A DNA stretch of 63,920 nt, counting the filler, from Reticulomyxa filosa (Eukaryota > Protista > Foraminifera): assembly GCA_000512085.1 (NCBI GenBank). It is 19 parts of 19 records of this genome, joined end to end, with 100 filler letters (N's around TTAATTAATTAA, not from the genome) between each part and the next. Parts side by side here need not be neighbours in the genome. Positions count along the whole stretch, not along the records: positions 1 to 4,987 come from ASPP01022016.1; positions 5,088 to 10,303 come from ASPP01011946.1; positions 10,404 to 11,856 come from ASPP01019414.1; positions 11,957 to 12,956 come from ASPP01045540.1; positions 13,057 to 17,495 come from ASPP01004443.1; 14 more parts are not named here. The stretch is one strand, 5' to 3'. Within the stretch, counting starts at the first letter, position 1, and each line of letters opens with the position of its first letter. Positions 1 through 13,654 of this stretch are shown here, piece after piece. The notes below the pieces were generated by a model. It made no database searches. It was not told the origin of the DNA and saw only the letters and a program-made list of their open reading frames with translations. The translations under genes were made by a program, and so were the position numbers.

Positions 1-3000
1 ACCACTTGTAATACAGGCACGTCCTTGCTTTTCACTATCGATGCAATTAATCTAATATATACAATCCAAAAAATACAGCACACTTCAAGATGGCTTCGTA
101 TCAAACTATGGTTGCTCACAACTGTAGTGTAAATGTGTAGAGATATTGCCTTGTTGGGAATATATAGAGAGATGTACTGTTTGATATCGTGTTTGCATCA
201 AAGTTGAGCTCTTGTTGGGGAATATGATTGATAAATTTTATACGATTGTTGAGTGTTTAAATTGATTTGTGCGGGAAGTATTGTCGAAACAATATCAGGA
301 CATTCCACGTTGTAATAAAGCTTGCACATTGCACTGTAATGGTACAAGAGAAATAATAATTGTTAGATCCAAATCTCTTTGCTGTCTATCAATTGCATAA
401 ACATACCACGTCGACAGTGTCAGTTATAACAAGAAGATGAAGCGCAATATGGAAACTGAATGTGGGAATTCATACAACTGAATAAATGCACCTTTTCATC
501 CTTAGCGATGTTAGTGGGAATATACATATTGAAACAATTCTTTGATTACGTATAATCTTGTTTTTACTTGCCGCTTATAAAAGCAAAACTCATTTTAGTG
601 TTTCAAAAAAATGAGAAAATACAATATATACGTAAACTTAGAAAGATGTGTAATGTGAAATCATTTTTTATTGGAACTTGTTTGCTGCCAATTATATATA
701 TTTTTTTAATCAAGTCAAATATATATGTGTATATAAATATATTTATTTTATTTAACTAATAAATGTGTATCTCTTAGTATATAAAGTCAATGCTCTAACA
801 TTAAAAATAAAAAATTTATACATTCATTTTTTTTTCTTTTCTCATAATTCTTTTTTCTATTTTTTTATTCATCTTTTTTTTTCCCATTTATTGTTATTTT
901 TTTATTATTTTTCGGACGTCCTATTTACACAAACAAAATATTTATATATTTTTATAGATAAAAAAAAAATAGTTGCATGTAAGTGGAATTTAACTCAATT
1001 TCAAACTTTTCTTACACTAAATTTTTTTTTGTTTTTGTATGGAAGATAGTGACAAAAAAAACATAATATATATACATTTTTGTGATTGTGAATTCCTATT
1101 TATGACATAAATAATTACATTATTAACAAAAGACATACATATATATAATATAGCACACCATTATTTTTCATTTTGCACACCGGACGACCTTCGACCCCAA
1201 TGTTTTTGTTTGTGTTGGGTAAATGCTGTTAACTTGTTTCAGGCGGGGGACTCCTGTACTCAAACACACAACACATAAACATATATGTAAATGTATATAA
1301 ATATAGAACAAACCTTTTATACTCCTTTCGGAGACAGGTGTGGCTTCTACCCCGTATTCTCTTGTTGTCGTTGGTGTTGTCATTGGTATGTCTTGTTGCA
1401 TATATATTTTTTTAATAATATGTATATCATATACACCATCAAAGTTATATGTTGTTTTGTAGATAATTCTGCATTAAAAAAAAAGTTTGTACATATATAT
1501 GTATGTTAGCCAAATTATTGACATATACTAATTGATCGTATCCTATTTGAACATGCTTAACTGTTGCCTGTTGTTATATGCACTATCGTCGTTATGAATT
1601 GGACTATCATTTTTAATTTGACTGCAATTGTTAGATGCGATATTATTCAAATAATAAACACGTTGAATTCCACACTGATCAAAGTAAAACAAGTGTAGCA
1701 AAATACTAGCCAATGACTCCATTCGCCATACTGTGATTGCTTTCACCTGGACGCACAATCACTTGGCACATTAGTGTGCATGGATATTAATATCTCATTC
1801 ACACCTGGCTCATTATAAGCCAACATGCTACCAGGACGCTTGAAATCATCCAGGTAACAACTCCGATACTAACAGAGCCAACAATCAAATCGCTAGTGCG
1901 CACATTGTCTTGGCTGTGCATACCACCATTGTGGGCTTTGCCAAGTGTCCAAGCACAACGCTGTACACAGTTCATGTTCTTGTCTGTTTATATTTTATGT
2001 GTGTATATGCATATATAAATTAATATATGTCAAAATTTTTGTTCATACTTCTATAAACATTTTTCTTATTTATTTATTTTTTTCAAATTAACTGGAACTT
2101 GCATCACGTAATATCCCAATCATTATTTTTGCAAAACATGTTATGTTCGTATAATTTTAACAGTCCATATTTGTGATCGCGATTTGTATGATAATTGGTG
2201 ATACTGCTAGTGTGAGAGTTGGCACTATATTTGGTTTGACAAACGATTCGATTGTCTGTGTAATTGTTGATATAATAGTAGCTGTTTTGGTGGAAGTGAC
2301 CTTGTTTTGAATTGCAAAATGGTAACGGCCAACTTTGAAACGAATGATATGCTCGGCATTTGTGAGTAAATTTGAAATAGCGTGATCATACATCCAACGC
2401 CAACACTGAGAACTCCAATCTTGCCAAGGAAAAAAAGAGTTTTTTGCAACTGTCCAAAGCACAATTCCATATTTAAAAAAGTTTGTGATTTGAATTTCAA
2501 TAATCACGTTTTATGAAAATAACTTGTTTTTATCTAAGAACTTATCACTATTTTTTGTATGACAAAAAAGGGAAAAAAGTTTTTTTTTAAAAAAGCTCTA
2601 AATCTATGAACATTTGAGCAAGATGTTTACAATGAAAACTAATGTGGTGTTCTTTCTCCTTGTCATCTGTGGCTTTCTAATTTCTTTTAGATTTTGGCTT
2701 ATGACATTCTTACAAAGAAACCACTACTGAAGTTTTTAATTTTTTTTAATTGGAATTTTTTCAATTCGAAGGAATACAGAAATGACAACTTTCAAAAATG
2801 AAACAAAAGAAAGAAAACCGAACACAGAGTCCACAGGTACAATGATTTGCGATTATTAAATGAGAAGAAGAAAAAGATAACATCACTTTTATTTGTATTT
2901 TATTTGACAGTGAGCTTTGACGATGAAAAAAGGCAAAGAAGAACTAAATCATTTGAAAATTCTAGTGTGTTGTTGATATTGCCAATTGCACATTTTGGGA

Positions 3001-4478
3001 ACATTAGCATTGATATATCTAATGATGGAGTTGTTTTAACAGTAGGGCAAGAGTGCTATGGACTGGTGCACTATCGCATATGCTCTTGCAGTTTCAAACA
3101 AATTGGTGCAGGTAATTCTCACAAAAGCGATAATTAAAAAAAGATTGAATGAACGTACACATTTTTTTTTTGTTGGTCGTCATAGTTTTTTTTTTGATGT
3201 GCGCATTACCGAACTTTTTACACAATGGGGGTGTGTAATTTATTTTAATTGATATTTGGAATTTTGTATTTTTTTTTTAATAATTAGTTGAAGATTTATT
3301 TTTTGACAAAGAATTTTTACTTAAACATTTCAAGTATAACTAACTTTTAAAAAAAACTTGAAACACTTAGCATTTTCTTTTTTTGTTATAAATTGAATAT
3401 TATTTCAAGGTTGATCCTGATACTGACAACAACATCTGAAGAGAATTATATTGATTGATGTAATTAAAATTTAAAGAGAAATTGAAATTGTAAAAAATTT
3501 GAAAAAATATCAAAAATTTGAGAAATGAATAAAATTGTTGAAACTGAATAACACAAAAAAGAAGATACATTTTCAACTAATCCAAGTTTTTTTTAATGGA
3601 AAAGCGTTGGGGTTTTTATTCAACAAATTCGGTAAAGAAATAATTATTTGCTCCCTCCTAAAGTCAGCATGTTTGTTTTGCTCAAAGACACCAAGAAGAT
3701 TTAAAAAGTGATACGATCTATCCAAACAGACCTGGTTAGACAAAATTTATTGAATTTCAAAACTGGGTTTAGAAAATCGAATTAGAATTGCTTATTTGCT
3801 AAAAGAACTATTCGATATTGTTTTGAAAAAGTAGTTTGTTCATGGGCTTGACTAATTTTTTTTTAAACAAAAAAAGGACTATTGGAAAGCCATTTTCAAA
3901 CTGATTGAATAATGACAATAAAAAAATAAAGAATATGACATACAAAGATTTCAATTATCCTTGATACACAAAAACAAAAAGAAACAAAGGACCTTTTTCA
4001 TGTAAAAAAAGCTACACGGGCTATTTTTTTCCATAAACAGTTCTAATACTGTTATGTTGCTTGCCGATGCTACTTTTCTAAACACTTCACCTTGTGAATT
4101 GCCTTTGTCATTTGTTTGTAGCTGCCTTCTCTGTGCGCTTGTTTCCTTTGAGGTTTCCACTTGGTCCAAAAATAATCATTGGTGAGTCCAGACTCATTTC
4201 ATCCATGCCATGAGGAGATGGCATGACATTGCAGTCAAAATTGTCTATTTTCTTTCTCCGAATTCAATTCTTTTCTTTTCTTGCAAAAAAAAACCTTACT
4301 CAATAACCCAACAAGAAATGTATTCAAGCTTCAGCTTTTTCAATTGTTTACGTCCTTTAACGCAAGTTATTAGAAAAATAATTGGATTGACGATCGTCCT
4401 CAGTTACTCACAAGCACCAGGTGCAGAGGAAATCCCCTTTAAAGACTCACACAAAAAAAAACCCTATTTTCATCTTTC

Positions 4479-4987
4479 ATGATCCGTCTACTCCATGCAA
4501 AAGGCTGTGGTCGTATGCAGCTAAAAACTCCTCTAGAAGGTCCCACGGTAGGGCATTTACAACAGAAGATTTATGAAGAGTTGACTGACCTGCCCGAGAT
4601 ACACCCCCAGCAATTGAATATCCACGGGAAGACTGATGAAAGTGTATTGAGCCTTACGTTTGGCGACACGCTATTTTTAACAATAAACAGCAATCTGTCG
4701 GCCATGACTGACACAGTTGACACAACTGACGTCCCTTCCATTAGCAAGAAGATTGGCACGAACATTGGGGGGGGAAAATACGACCGAAAATGGCGTGTCG
4801 TTATTATCTAATGCAATACAATGAATAAACCAACGAAGTTACAGAATATCTGGGAAGAGTCACATCTCATCTCCTTTGCCAAGTTCAGTTATTATTGTGA
4901 ACATGTTTTTTTTTCACTTTTATATACGTATACATATATACACATATATATGTATATATGTTTATGTATACGTGTGCATATATGAAA
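4479..4987 (+). CDS. 5' part of a gene with an N-terminal ubiquitin-like domain (NPL4/OTU1-UBL-like); truncated, possibly frameshifted
   Basis: MIRLLHAKGCGRMQL..TVGHLQQKI..FGDTLFL resembles the N-terminal UBL of p97 cofactors (IR.RS..G..R...HGD.LFL). Confidence 0.4.
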
Positions 4988-5087
4988 NNNNNNNNNNNNN
5001 NNNNNNNNNNNNNNNNNNNNNNNNNNNNNNNTTAATTAATTAANNNNNNNNNNNNNNNNNNNNNNNNNNNNNNNNNNNNNNNNNNNN
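4988..5087. other. Artificial contig-joining spacer (first of 18; others start at 10304, 11857, 12957, 17496, 19582, 27993, 31359, 35256, 36541, 37641, 42000, 45097, 46611, 47758, 51662, 61489, 62763)
   Basis: Identical 100-nt N44-TTAATTAATTAA-N44 blocks; the 12-mer places stop codons in all six frames. Confidence 0.99.
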
Positions 5088-5094
5088 CCTCTTC

Positions 5095-5131
<37 letters not shown>

Positions 5132-5133
<2 letters not shown>

Positions 5134-6560
5134 GTACAAGAAGGAGAAAACATCTTTGAGAAAACCAACTTTAGAGCCAATCGAAAAAGCGACCATATAT
5201 GAGAAGCTACCGACGGTATACTATCGCACTCCATCTCCACAGCCTCCATTTGACGAGATTGTGAAAAGCAAAAGAGAGATCCACGGAGATGACGAGAAAG
5301 GACAGGAGATCAAAGGCCAGCAGAAAGAAGAGCAAAAAGTAAAAAAAGCAGAAGAAGGAGGTGATGACAATGATAATAATAATGATACTGATGATGGTAA
5401 TGATGAAATAGAAAGGATATGTGTGATAATGGCTAGTGGACAAGTGTGGTGTTACAACGTAACGGCGAACAAATGGATAAAACATGAATGCCGTATAAGT
5501 AATGACAAAGACAGTGCCAAGGGTGGCAGTGCGTGGGATGCAATAGGGGGATTGGAAAATGCATTTTTTGCGGCGATAAAACCGAGTGCAGCACATTACA
5601 TTGGCAACACAAAAGAAAAAGAAAAAGAAAAAGAAAAAACAGAGCCAGTGACAAGAAAGGAGCAGAAAGTATTAATATTTGGAGACAACAATACCGGATT
5701 AAAAAAGCATGAGCGAGAAAATGACGACGCCAAAGACAAAAAAGAAGAGCGACAAACTATGGAAACGTATGCGTACGTAGTGACATTACAAAAAGAATGT
5801 ACCGTGCAAAAAATGTACGCGACAAGCGCTAGCGGCAATTGTAATGAGATGAGTCGAGTGAAAGATAGTGAGCACGTATATATGGACAGTGATCAAACGT
5901 GTGTTCTTCGAATAGGGGGTTACGATCTCACTAAACAACTGGCTCTAGCTGTGTGCAAAGAATTCCATGCCAATGTCACAGACTCGCGTTTCATTGTCAA
6001 AGACGTACCTTCGATGATTGACACCCGATTCAATTTTGCCAGCGCTGCGTTCACCAGACATTACAAAGTAATCGTAGCTGGTGGACAAGTCGATGAACAT
6101 TTGGAGATGGATCGATGTGAAATACTGGATCGAAATACCAGTAAATGGACTTCCATAAAACCTATCCCCACCGGAAAAAGGTCCGGCTGCTCTGGAATTG
6201 CTTTATCAATGGACGAGTTTGTGATCGTTGGCTCATCCCCACATTCGCAACGTAATCGCTATTCTCGCTTGCCGGACTTATTCCAAGCTACCTTCGATCA
6301 ATGGAACTGCCTGCCGGCAATGAAGTATTCCTACTTCAAACCTCTTTTGCATTGCTTTCATAACAATCCCCAAATATTGGCCGTCTTTGGATGTCCCCTT
6401 CCCTTTGCCACACACACCCTACTTCTCTTGCGAATTTTATGATCGCAGGACCGGAAAGTGGCACGAACGTGCCGTTGCGACAATGCCTGCGTTTGGGACT
6501 GATCATGTTCACAATAATCACCTTTTACAAGAAACCATCAAAGGCAATATTTGGATCTAA
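5132..6560 (+). CDS. Kelch-repeat protein (5' truncated; apparent 1-nt frameshift near 6400-6420)
   Basis: Kelch motifs VLRIGGYD, SMIDTRFNFAS, VIVAGGQ..CEILD..KW, PAMKY; a further Kelch segment CEFYDRRTGKW continues in another frame to TAA at 6560. Confidence 0.75.
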
Positions 6561-7393
6561 TTCTTTTTTTTTTTTTTGAGTGTTAAAAAAAATTTTTTGA
6601 CGATTCTAAAAAATTTTTTATAAACATCATGTCAAAATCGTACTGCTTGTCTCAGCTTTATCTGTATTTTGGCTTTTTTTTTTAATGCACATTTCTCTTT
6701 CCAAGTTTTTTTTTGTTTTTTTTTATATATTAGACATTTTGGAATTTTCGAATGGATAAAAGTTAATTAATAAGTTTGAGTTATGAAACAGTAGTACGTC
6801 CTGATACACTTCATTCATTCCACAAACTTTGAATACCAAACTAGTACTCCAGTAACATGCAAAGTTCTGATCTTTAAAGAAATTTTTTTAAGTAATGAAA
6901 AAGCTATATTTTATACACGATCAAACTCAAGGTTTTGATATCTTTTCATCTTTTCGAGCAAAAGACTTTTTGAATTAATAAGCCGACACAGCCGAATTAC
7001 TTTAAACACCGCAGTTAACCAAATGAGAACACAAAGACTAATTCTTTGTAATAAGCAATAATTTATTAGAAACTACTTCAATGTAGTAAAAAGCGCAAGA
7101 ATTTTTTTTTAAATGACTAGCAGTTTGTTTCGTCAATCACCAAATCACTCCCCCTTTTTTTTAAAAAGAGCTAAAGGGGAATATAATTGTTTTTTTAAAC
7201 TAAAATTTAACTCACAACTAAATGAACAGGGGTCCTCCCTGCTAACCTCAAACTCACTCATTTCAATTGGTTTTTTTTTCAAACAAAAGGTGGCTATTAG
7301 GAAAGAGGGAGGAGAGAAGAAAGAAGAAAAAAAAAACAACGAACATTTCAAATTAAGTTTTTTTTTCCCCCTCTCCTTCACCAATGTATTGTT

Positions 7394-8081
7394 TCAGTTG
7401 GGGGCTCTGTGAGGCCACAACATAACTCGAACTCGTTTTCCAAATGCTCGTGTTGGGACGTTTGGTTTAAAGTTGACCCGAACCGTGCCATTATTTCCGT
7501 GTGGTCCTGTGATTTTTCCACTGATCACACGCAATTCGCGTTTGCCTGTTCTCGGGTCTATTTTTTTCGCTGCTCTATAAATATAAAGCACACGGTGTCC
7601 CAAATAATATCGTGCATCTTTTCGGGTCTTTACATTTTCAATTTTTACCAATGCACGATTTGGGTGAATGTTCAACCGAGATCGTCTGAAAAATGTATTA
7701 TCCATCAATTTATCAATAATCAACAACAAAAAAAATTTCAGTTTTTACGTAAATTCGCAAAAAATTTATTACACAAAAAAAAATTAGAAACATTACCTGT
7801 ATGACAACACAACTCCTCGCAGGTAGAGTCTATATGACACCCACAAAAATAAGCCGGTCGTATTGATAACTCCATGTTTATTTGCAAAGAATTATGGACT
7901 ATCCAATTGTTTGACAAGGTTTGGTGGCCTCAACTTTACGGGGTCTCTGAAAACTCCTTTCCAAGGGCCTTTCTCTTTTTTCTCTCCTCGATTCGGTCCA
8001 GGATTTGAATTGCTTGCGTGCAGGTCGCAACCGTGGCTGTAGATTTCTCCTTTGAAGAGCTGGGCGGCCTATCTTTGGCAT
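7394..8081 (-). CDS. RPL35A: 60S ribosomal protein L35a (eL33); proposed exons 8081-8032, 7829-7797, 7685-7394
   Basis: Spliced product ...QPRLYLRGVVLSYRRSRLNIHPNRALVKIENV...YYLGHRVLYIYRA...GKITGPHGNNGTVRVNFKPNVP..AFGKRVRVMLWP; GT-AG introns in phase. Confidence 0.95.
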
Positions 8082-8557
8082 GATATATGAAAAAGTCACT
8101 TTTGTGTCGACCTAATCAGATTGCAAAAGGGCACCAAAAAATTCTGAATTTTTTTTCACTTGAGACTATAACGCTGCCAAAAAGGAAAAGAAAACACTAC
8201 TCTATCGAACATAACCTCATTTCTTACTTGTAATTTGTAGTTTTTAAACAAATTTAGCTCTTTTTGTTACATTCAAGCATGCCAATGTGCAAATTGACGT
8301 CAATCTGTTTTCAATATTTTGATTTTGTCGATGATGCCATTTAATTTTTCTTTTTTCTTTTTCCCGACAACAGAAAAAACAGTATAGACGCATCAAAAGT
8401 TTTTCGATTCAACAACGTCCAAATATGTAAGTTTTTAAATCCCAAATCTTTTTTAAAGACTCGACGTAGCAACCTATTCTATTCTAGAGTCTTCGGTCCA
8501 ATCATAAATTAGATTTTTTTAAACTTACCTTTTGGATTATACACCCTCAGACAATAA

Positions 8558-10303
8558 ATGCCTCGTTCCAAGTATTGCCATTATTGCAAGAGATTATTTT
8601 CACTTTTCATTCGGCCGCAAGTGTGTAAAGTTAAGTGCAATTTTAAGTAACTGTTCGAATATACTTAAACACGAAAAAAAGCTAAAATGAATAATATAAA
8701 CAACAAGATATGCCATAATGATTTTTGCAGCAACTGTGTTGAAAAATGTTGGCTTGATACAAAACAAATATCGGATCCAAGTACTGCAAACACAAAAATT
8801 GAATCTGATTTTTCAGAAAATGATCACCTTTTTTGCTCTTTATGCGAAACATGCTTACACAGTATGGCCAATTCAGCTTCCATTTTGAAGAAAGGCAAAA
8901 GGTCCAAACGACATGGACAAAACACTACATTTCGGAATTGCTTTTCTTTTTTACAATGCACTAAAGGCTGTAAGACCGAACACAAAAAAGAGGAGACGTC
9001 CAGTTCCCCGTATTCAACAACAAAAACACCTATATGTGGGATGACTTCAACACTACCGCCATTGTCTTTACCTACACATGACGACACTTCCATGGTGACT
9101 GACAGACATAACATTATGACATGTCCTGTTGGTATTGACACCAAACCTTTGCCTTTTCCTGTCACTTGCCAGCACCTCTTTCCAGCATATTCGTCAATGC
9201 CCATCTTGGTCTCTGAACAAAACTCTGTCAAAGAAAAAGATCCTCAACCAAGCGAAAATAAAACCAACAATATCTACAAAAGTGACGAAGAAAACCAACA
9301 ATCTTCAGACCTCAATGATGTCTTATCACCCAAATCTTTGATGAGCATTAACAATGAACAGGTTTTTTTTTAAGTTCGGGCCCTTTTTCTTTACCGTTAC
9401 TTCCTTTCCTGATAACTCAATAGATTGCAATGAATTTGAGCGTTAATGACTCAAAAACTTGTTATTACAAAGGTATTTTAAAAATCTTCATTGAGTTGTC
9501 ACTGCAAATGGCTTATTTTTGAAGAAGCAGTTCATAGTTTGGAAACATCAATGCAAGGTAATACTATTTGCCACAGCCTGACCCTTCCTTTGCAATCTTT
9601 CTTGCCTGAATTTGAGTGGGTTCGGTTTGACATTCCATTTGGCTATGAAAAGACAAATGAGGAGCAATTTTGTTGCTTTGTCTTTGTCATGATGAAGGAT
9701 ATCAAAAGAGAACTCTGGATAGGCAGCACTACAGCCTACGTTCACGAAATGAGACTTGGGGACTGCCCCGATTCATCATGTTTAAAAATTATTCCAAAAC
9801 TAAGCGTACAATGCAAGCAACCAGCTTTCAAAAAGACAATTTCTTTGAGTGGTAGTTTGGCCTGGAAAGTTTCAGGTATGAAGCAAAAAAAGATTACAAA
9901 CTCTGTACTAGAAAAAGAGCTCTTTTTACATAACTAAAACCGAGTCTTTTTATAACTTCTTTTTTTTTTTACAGAAAATCAATTTTACTGTGAAAATGAA
10001 AATCACAATGTGTCACAATTATTGTCCGCTTTAACGGAAACAAAGACAAAAATACTTAGAGAATATAATGACATGTACTCTTCTCAATCGAACAAGGAGC
10101 GACAGTTCCATGATAAAAAACAGGGCAGCAATGAACGTGTAGATAATCATAATGGCGACGGAGGATTTTACGATGACCACCCCAATGAAGTGACATCAAG
10201 TCCCAAAAAAAGTTACTGCGAAATTATTTTTACTATCCTTATTGTGTGCAATGAAAAAGACAAGCAAATATCTAGCTGTATACGTATTCCAAAAAAAAAA
10301 AAA
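8558..10303 (+). CDS. FYVE-like Zn finger protein with a probable downstream C2-like region (multi-exon, frame disruptions, 3' truncated)
   Basis: MPRSKYCHYCKRLFSLFIRPQVCK / ICHNDFCSNC...FCSLC Cys pattern; GILKIFI/VVTANGL and PEFEWVRF...WIGST resemble C2 strands. Confidence 0.5.
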
Positions 10304-11377
10304 NNNNNNNNNNNNNNNNNNNNNNNNNNNNNNNNNNNNNNNNNNNNTTAATTAATTAANNNNNNNNNNNNNNNNNNNNNNNNNNNNNNNNNNNNNNNNN
10401 NNNCCTCCACCAAGTTGATTCACTCCAAATAGAATGTTCTCCCAATGTACCAATTTTCTCGATTGACGTGAGGATGTATTCACTAACAACTTCCACGTTT
10501 TTTTCTTCGTCAACTTCCACTTCTTCTCTGCCGCCATTGCGCACAACCTTTTCTACTTTGCGCGTATCAAAACTCTTTCTTCTTGTCGAGCTTTCTTTCG
10601 TCGACTGGCTGCACCAAGGTCCAACTTTCTGGGATCGATCTGTAAAAATCTTGTCAAACTGTTCTACGAGAGCAGATGGATTTCGTATTTAAAAAAAGGT
10701 AGTGTACCTTGTGATGAGAGACACACTTTGCGCGGGAATTTCCAGTATGAGGTACTATTCTTTTTTTTTCATTCTTGGGCATATTTGTCGCGAATGATTC
10801 CTACAATCAGACTATGAACCAACCAAAATCCAAGTTGCGAATATGAGTATCACACAACCAGTTTCGACACGAGTATTTATCGCCATTTTTATAACAACTG
10901 GACTTCCCTTGTTAGCTGGAACATTTAAATTGCAGTTCAACGCCATCTTTGAGAACAATTGTTGACCAGAGACTTGTGTGCAAATATGTTGATCACTCCA
11001 AATTCACTTTCTTTTCTTCATCATCCTTCTCATCTTCGCATTCACTTCATTACCAATGTCGATGAAGTTTTGCAAAACTATTCCACCAAGTTGGACCAAT
11101 ATCACCTTGAATGTTCTCCCAATTGCATTGAGTAAGTAACTGTCGAACAGACTCGAGGATTTCCATAAATCAAAGTTTGGATTGGCAATCTAAGTGTTGA
11201 TTGAGTAAAATTTTTTTTCATTCTTGGGCATTCATTGTCCACGATTTCACCCACACTAATGACAAAATCTGGAGTTGCGTATATGCGCACGTACACGATC
11301 GCAATGTCTTTTTCTTTTTTCTTCATTATTCTCTTTCATTCCCTCCCCTTTTCCATTTTACTTTTTTTAATCTTTTT

Positions 11378-11712
11378 TTTTTCCCAATGCCTTTTTCCCA
11401 ACTCTTTTTTCCCAACTTTTTTTTTCACAAAGCTTTTTTTCCCAAAGCTTTTTTCACAATTATTTTTTCCCAATGTCTTTTTCCCAATGTCTTTTTTCCC
11501 AATGTCTTTTTTCCCAATGATTTTTTCCCAACTCTTTTTTCACAAAGCTTTTTTCCCAAAGCTTCTTTCACAATGATTTTTTCCCAAAGCTTTTTTCACA
11601 AAGCTTTTTTCACACTGATTTTTTACCAATGCTTTTTTCCCAACTCTTTTTCCCAACTCTTTTTCCCAATGTTTTTTTCCCAACACTTTTTTCACAGTCT
11701 TTTTTTTCCATA
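11378..11712. repeat. Tandem minisatellite, ~14-16 bp unit (T5-7 CCCAATGTC / CACAAAGC / CCCAACTC), ~20 copies
   Basis: Directly visible repeats such as ttttcccaatgtc, tttttcacaaagc, tttttcccaactc. Confidence 0.9.
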
Positions 11713-11975
11713 TGCCCCCCTCAATCTTTCAAACAGAAAAAAAAAAAAAAAACAACATATTTTTGCCTTCGAGCTAAAAGCTCGGATTCCAATCTTCCAT
11801 CTTTTTTTCTTTTGCACGAACAAATACTTTTTTTTTTTGGGTGGGGGCATGCCTATNNNNNNNNNNNNNNNNNNNNNNNNNNNNNNNNNNNNNNNNNNNN
11901 TTAATTAATTAANNNNNNNNNNNNNNNNNNNNNNNNNNNNNNNNNNNNNNNNNNNNGATTTTCCTCAAAAAAAAG

Positions 11976-12741
11976 ATACTACCAAACACTCTGTACCCTT
12001 CGAACGCGTGATCTATATTGATTCCTCTGATTTCAGAGAACATGCTGATCAAGTTTATATATGCATATACATATATACACGTTGCATGTTGTGTTATATG
12101 AAATTCATTTTTCAATTGTTACACAAAACTTATTCAATAATTGTATTCTTAGAAATTCTATGGATTGGCTCCAGGCCGAACGGTGAGATTGAAATATGCA
12201 TATAATATAACGTGCAAAAAAGTAATAAAAGACAACAAAGGAAATGTAGTTGAATTGGAGTGTGAATACGATCCAGCCAGCAGACATGATCTAAAAGGTG
12301 TAAAACAAGGACACTTGTCTTGGGTATCAAATGGAGTTAGTGTGGAATTCCGATTATATTCACACTTATTCCGAACTGAATTCCCTGAGTCAGACAACTT
12401 CTTGAACGAATTAGAGTTTAGTTTCAAAAAAAAAAAACTATCTGATGTTGAGTGTCAACGAGTGTGGTTGTGTTGTTGATAACTTTCAACAGTGGAGATT
12501 CTGAAATTATTACACATGGCTATGTGGATCAATCAGTGGTCAAATCAAAACATGAAAGATTTCAATTTGAAAGAGTTGGATTCTTTGTTCGAGACAATAT
12601 TGACTGCAAAGACAACAAACCAGGTATTTTGTTTGTTTATCTCACTAGAAATAAAAGCAAATGTTTTTTTTTGGACATTTTATAGTATTCAACCGAATTG
12701 TGCCATTGAAAGAATCTTCTGAGAAGCGCAGTTTGGCCTAA
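11976..12741 (+). CDS. QARS: Glutaminyl-tRNA synthetase, C-terminal anticodon-binding region (5' truncated; introns ~12053-12152, 12416-12492, 12624-12685)
   Basis: VPFERVIYIDSSDFRE..FYGLAPGRTVRLKYAY...GHLSWV..VEFRLYSHLF...RFQFERVGFF..D...VFNRIVPLKE. Confidence 0.93.
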
Positions 12742-13654
12742 TCCAAAAATCTTTCAGTTTGCAAATGCAAAAAGTCAATTCTTTTTCAAAAAAACAAAAT
12801 TTGGGAGTCCATAATTTACTATTCGTCTTTGAATTGACTTAAGAATTATTTTCTTTTTGAGAAAAACTTTGTTTTTGAAACCCAGATCAAGTGATGTATT
12901 AAAAGAAAATAATAAAAAATTTTCATTACATTTTTTTTTCTATTCCTGGTTGAAGANNNNNNNNNNNNNNNNNNNNNNNNNNNNNNNNNNNNNNNNNNNN
13001 TTAATTAATTAANNNNNNNNNNNNNNNNNNNNNNNNNNNNNNNNNNNNNNNNNNNNAGTCATTGATTATTGGAGAAAGCTGTTTAACAATTTCATAATGC
13101 GAATCATCAATATTCTAAAAGTAAATCTTTGCAATTACTTATTGGCTAATTAATGGTAATATGTCCAGGACAATTTGAAAGAGATTTACAAACATCTGAT
13201 CAATATCAATAACAAGAAGGAGAAACATCGGGAATGATTTTGTGTGATTTCAAAGGTAAAATGAAATATTGAGCAATCATTTGGATAAGTCCTCAATGAT
13301 GATAATAATTGTAAATTTGATTTATTTCGTTCTGCCAAATTATCAAGACTTTTGCTGGACATGTAAATCGTATACGGAGTATTGATCAGGAAGTGGATTA
13401 ATTCACTTCACAAACATATTTTAGACTTTTCTAAGAATGTAACATTACTTTTGTAACATTTATCAGTGAAAATATCTCTTATATTTTGACTTGATATTTT
13501 TTACGCTTTTGCTCAATAATGGCAAATTGATAACTCTATATCCTTTTAGTTGGAGATTTTCAGGTGACAGAAGAATAGAGTATTTAAACTAAAACAAGTA
13601 TTTTTTACTTAATTCAATTTTGACAAATAATTTGACTTTATTGTTCTTCCAAAG

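Noticed and set aside
1-3200. Coding-like fragments on both strands
   Set aside because: No recognisable motif or consistent exon chain; probably decayed genes, and a call cannot be supported.
7899-8099. Separate 66-aa basic ORF upstream of RPL35A
   Set aside because: Better explained as RPL35A exon 1 reading into intron 1.
11378-11712. CRISPR-like or telomeric interpretation of the tandem array
   Set aside because: No unique spacers, no cas genes, eukaryotic context, and the units are too variable for telomerase repeats.
11201-11908. 235-aa Phe-rich ORF and overlapping ORFs
   Set aside because: Translation of the T-rich minisatellite.
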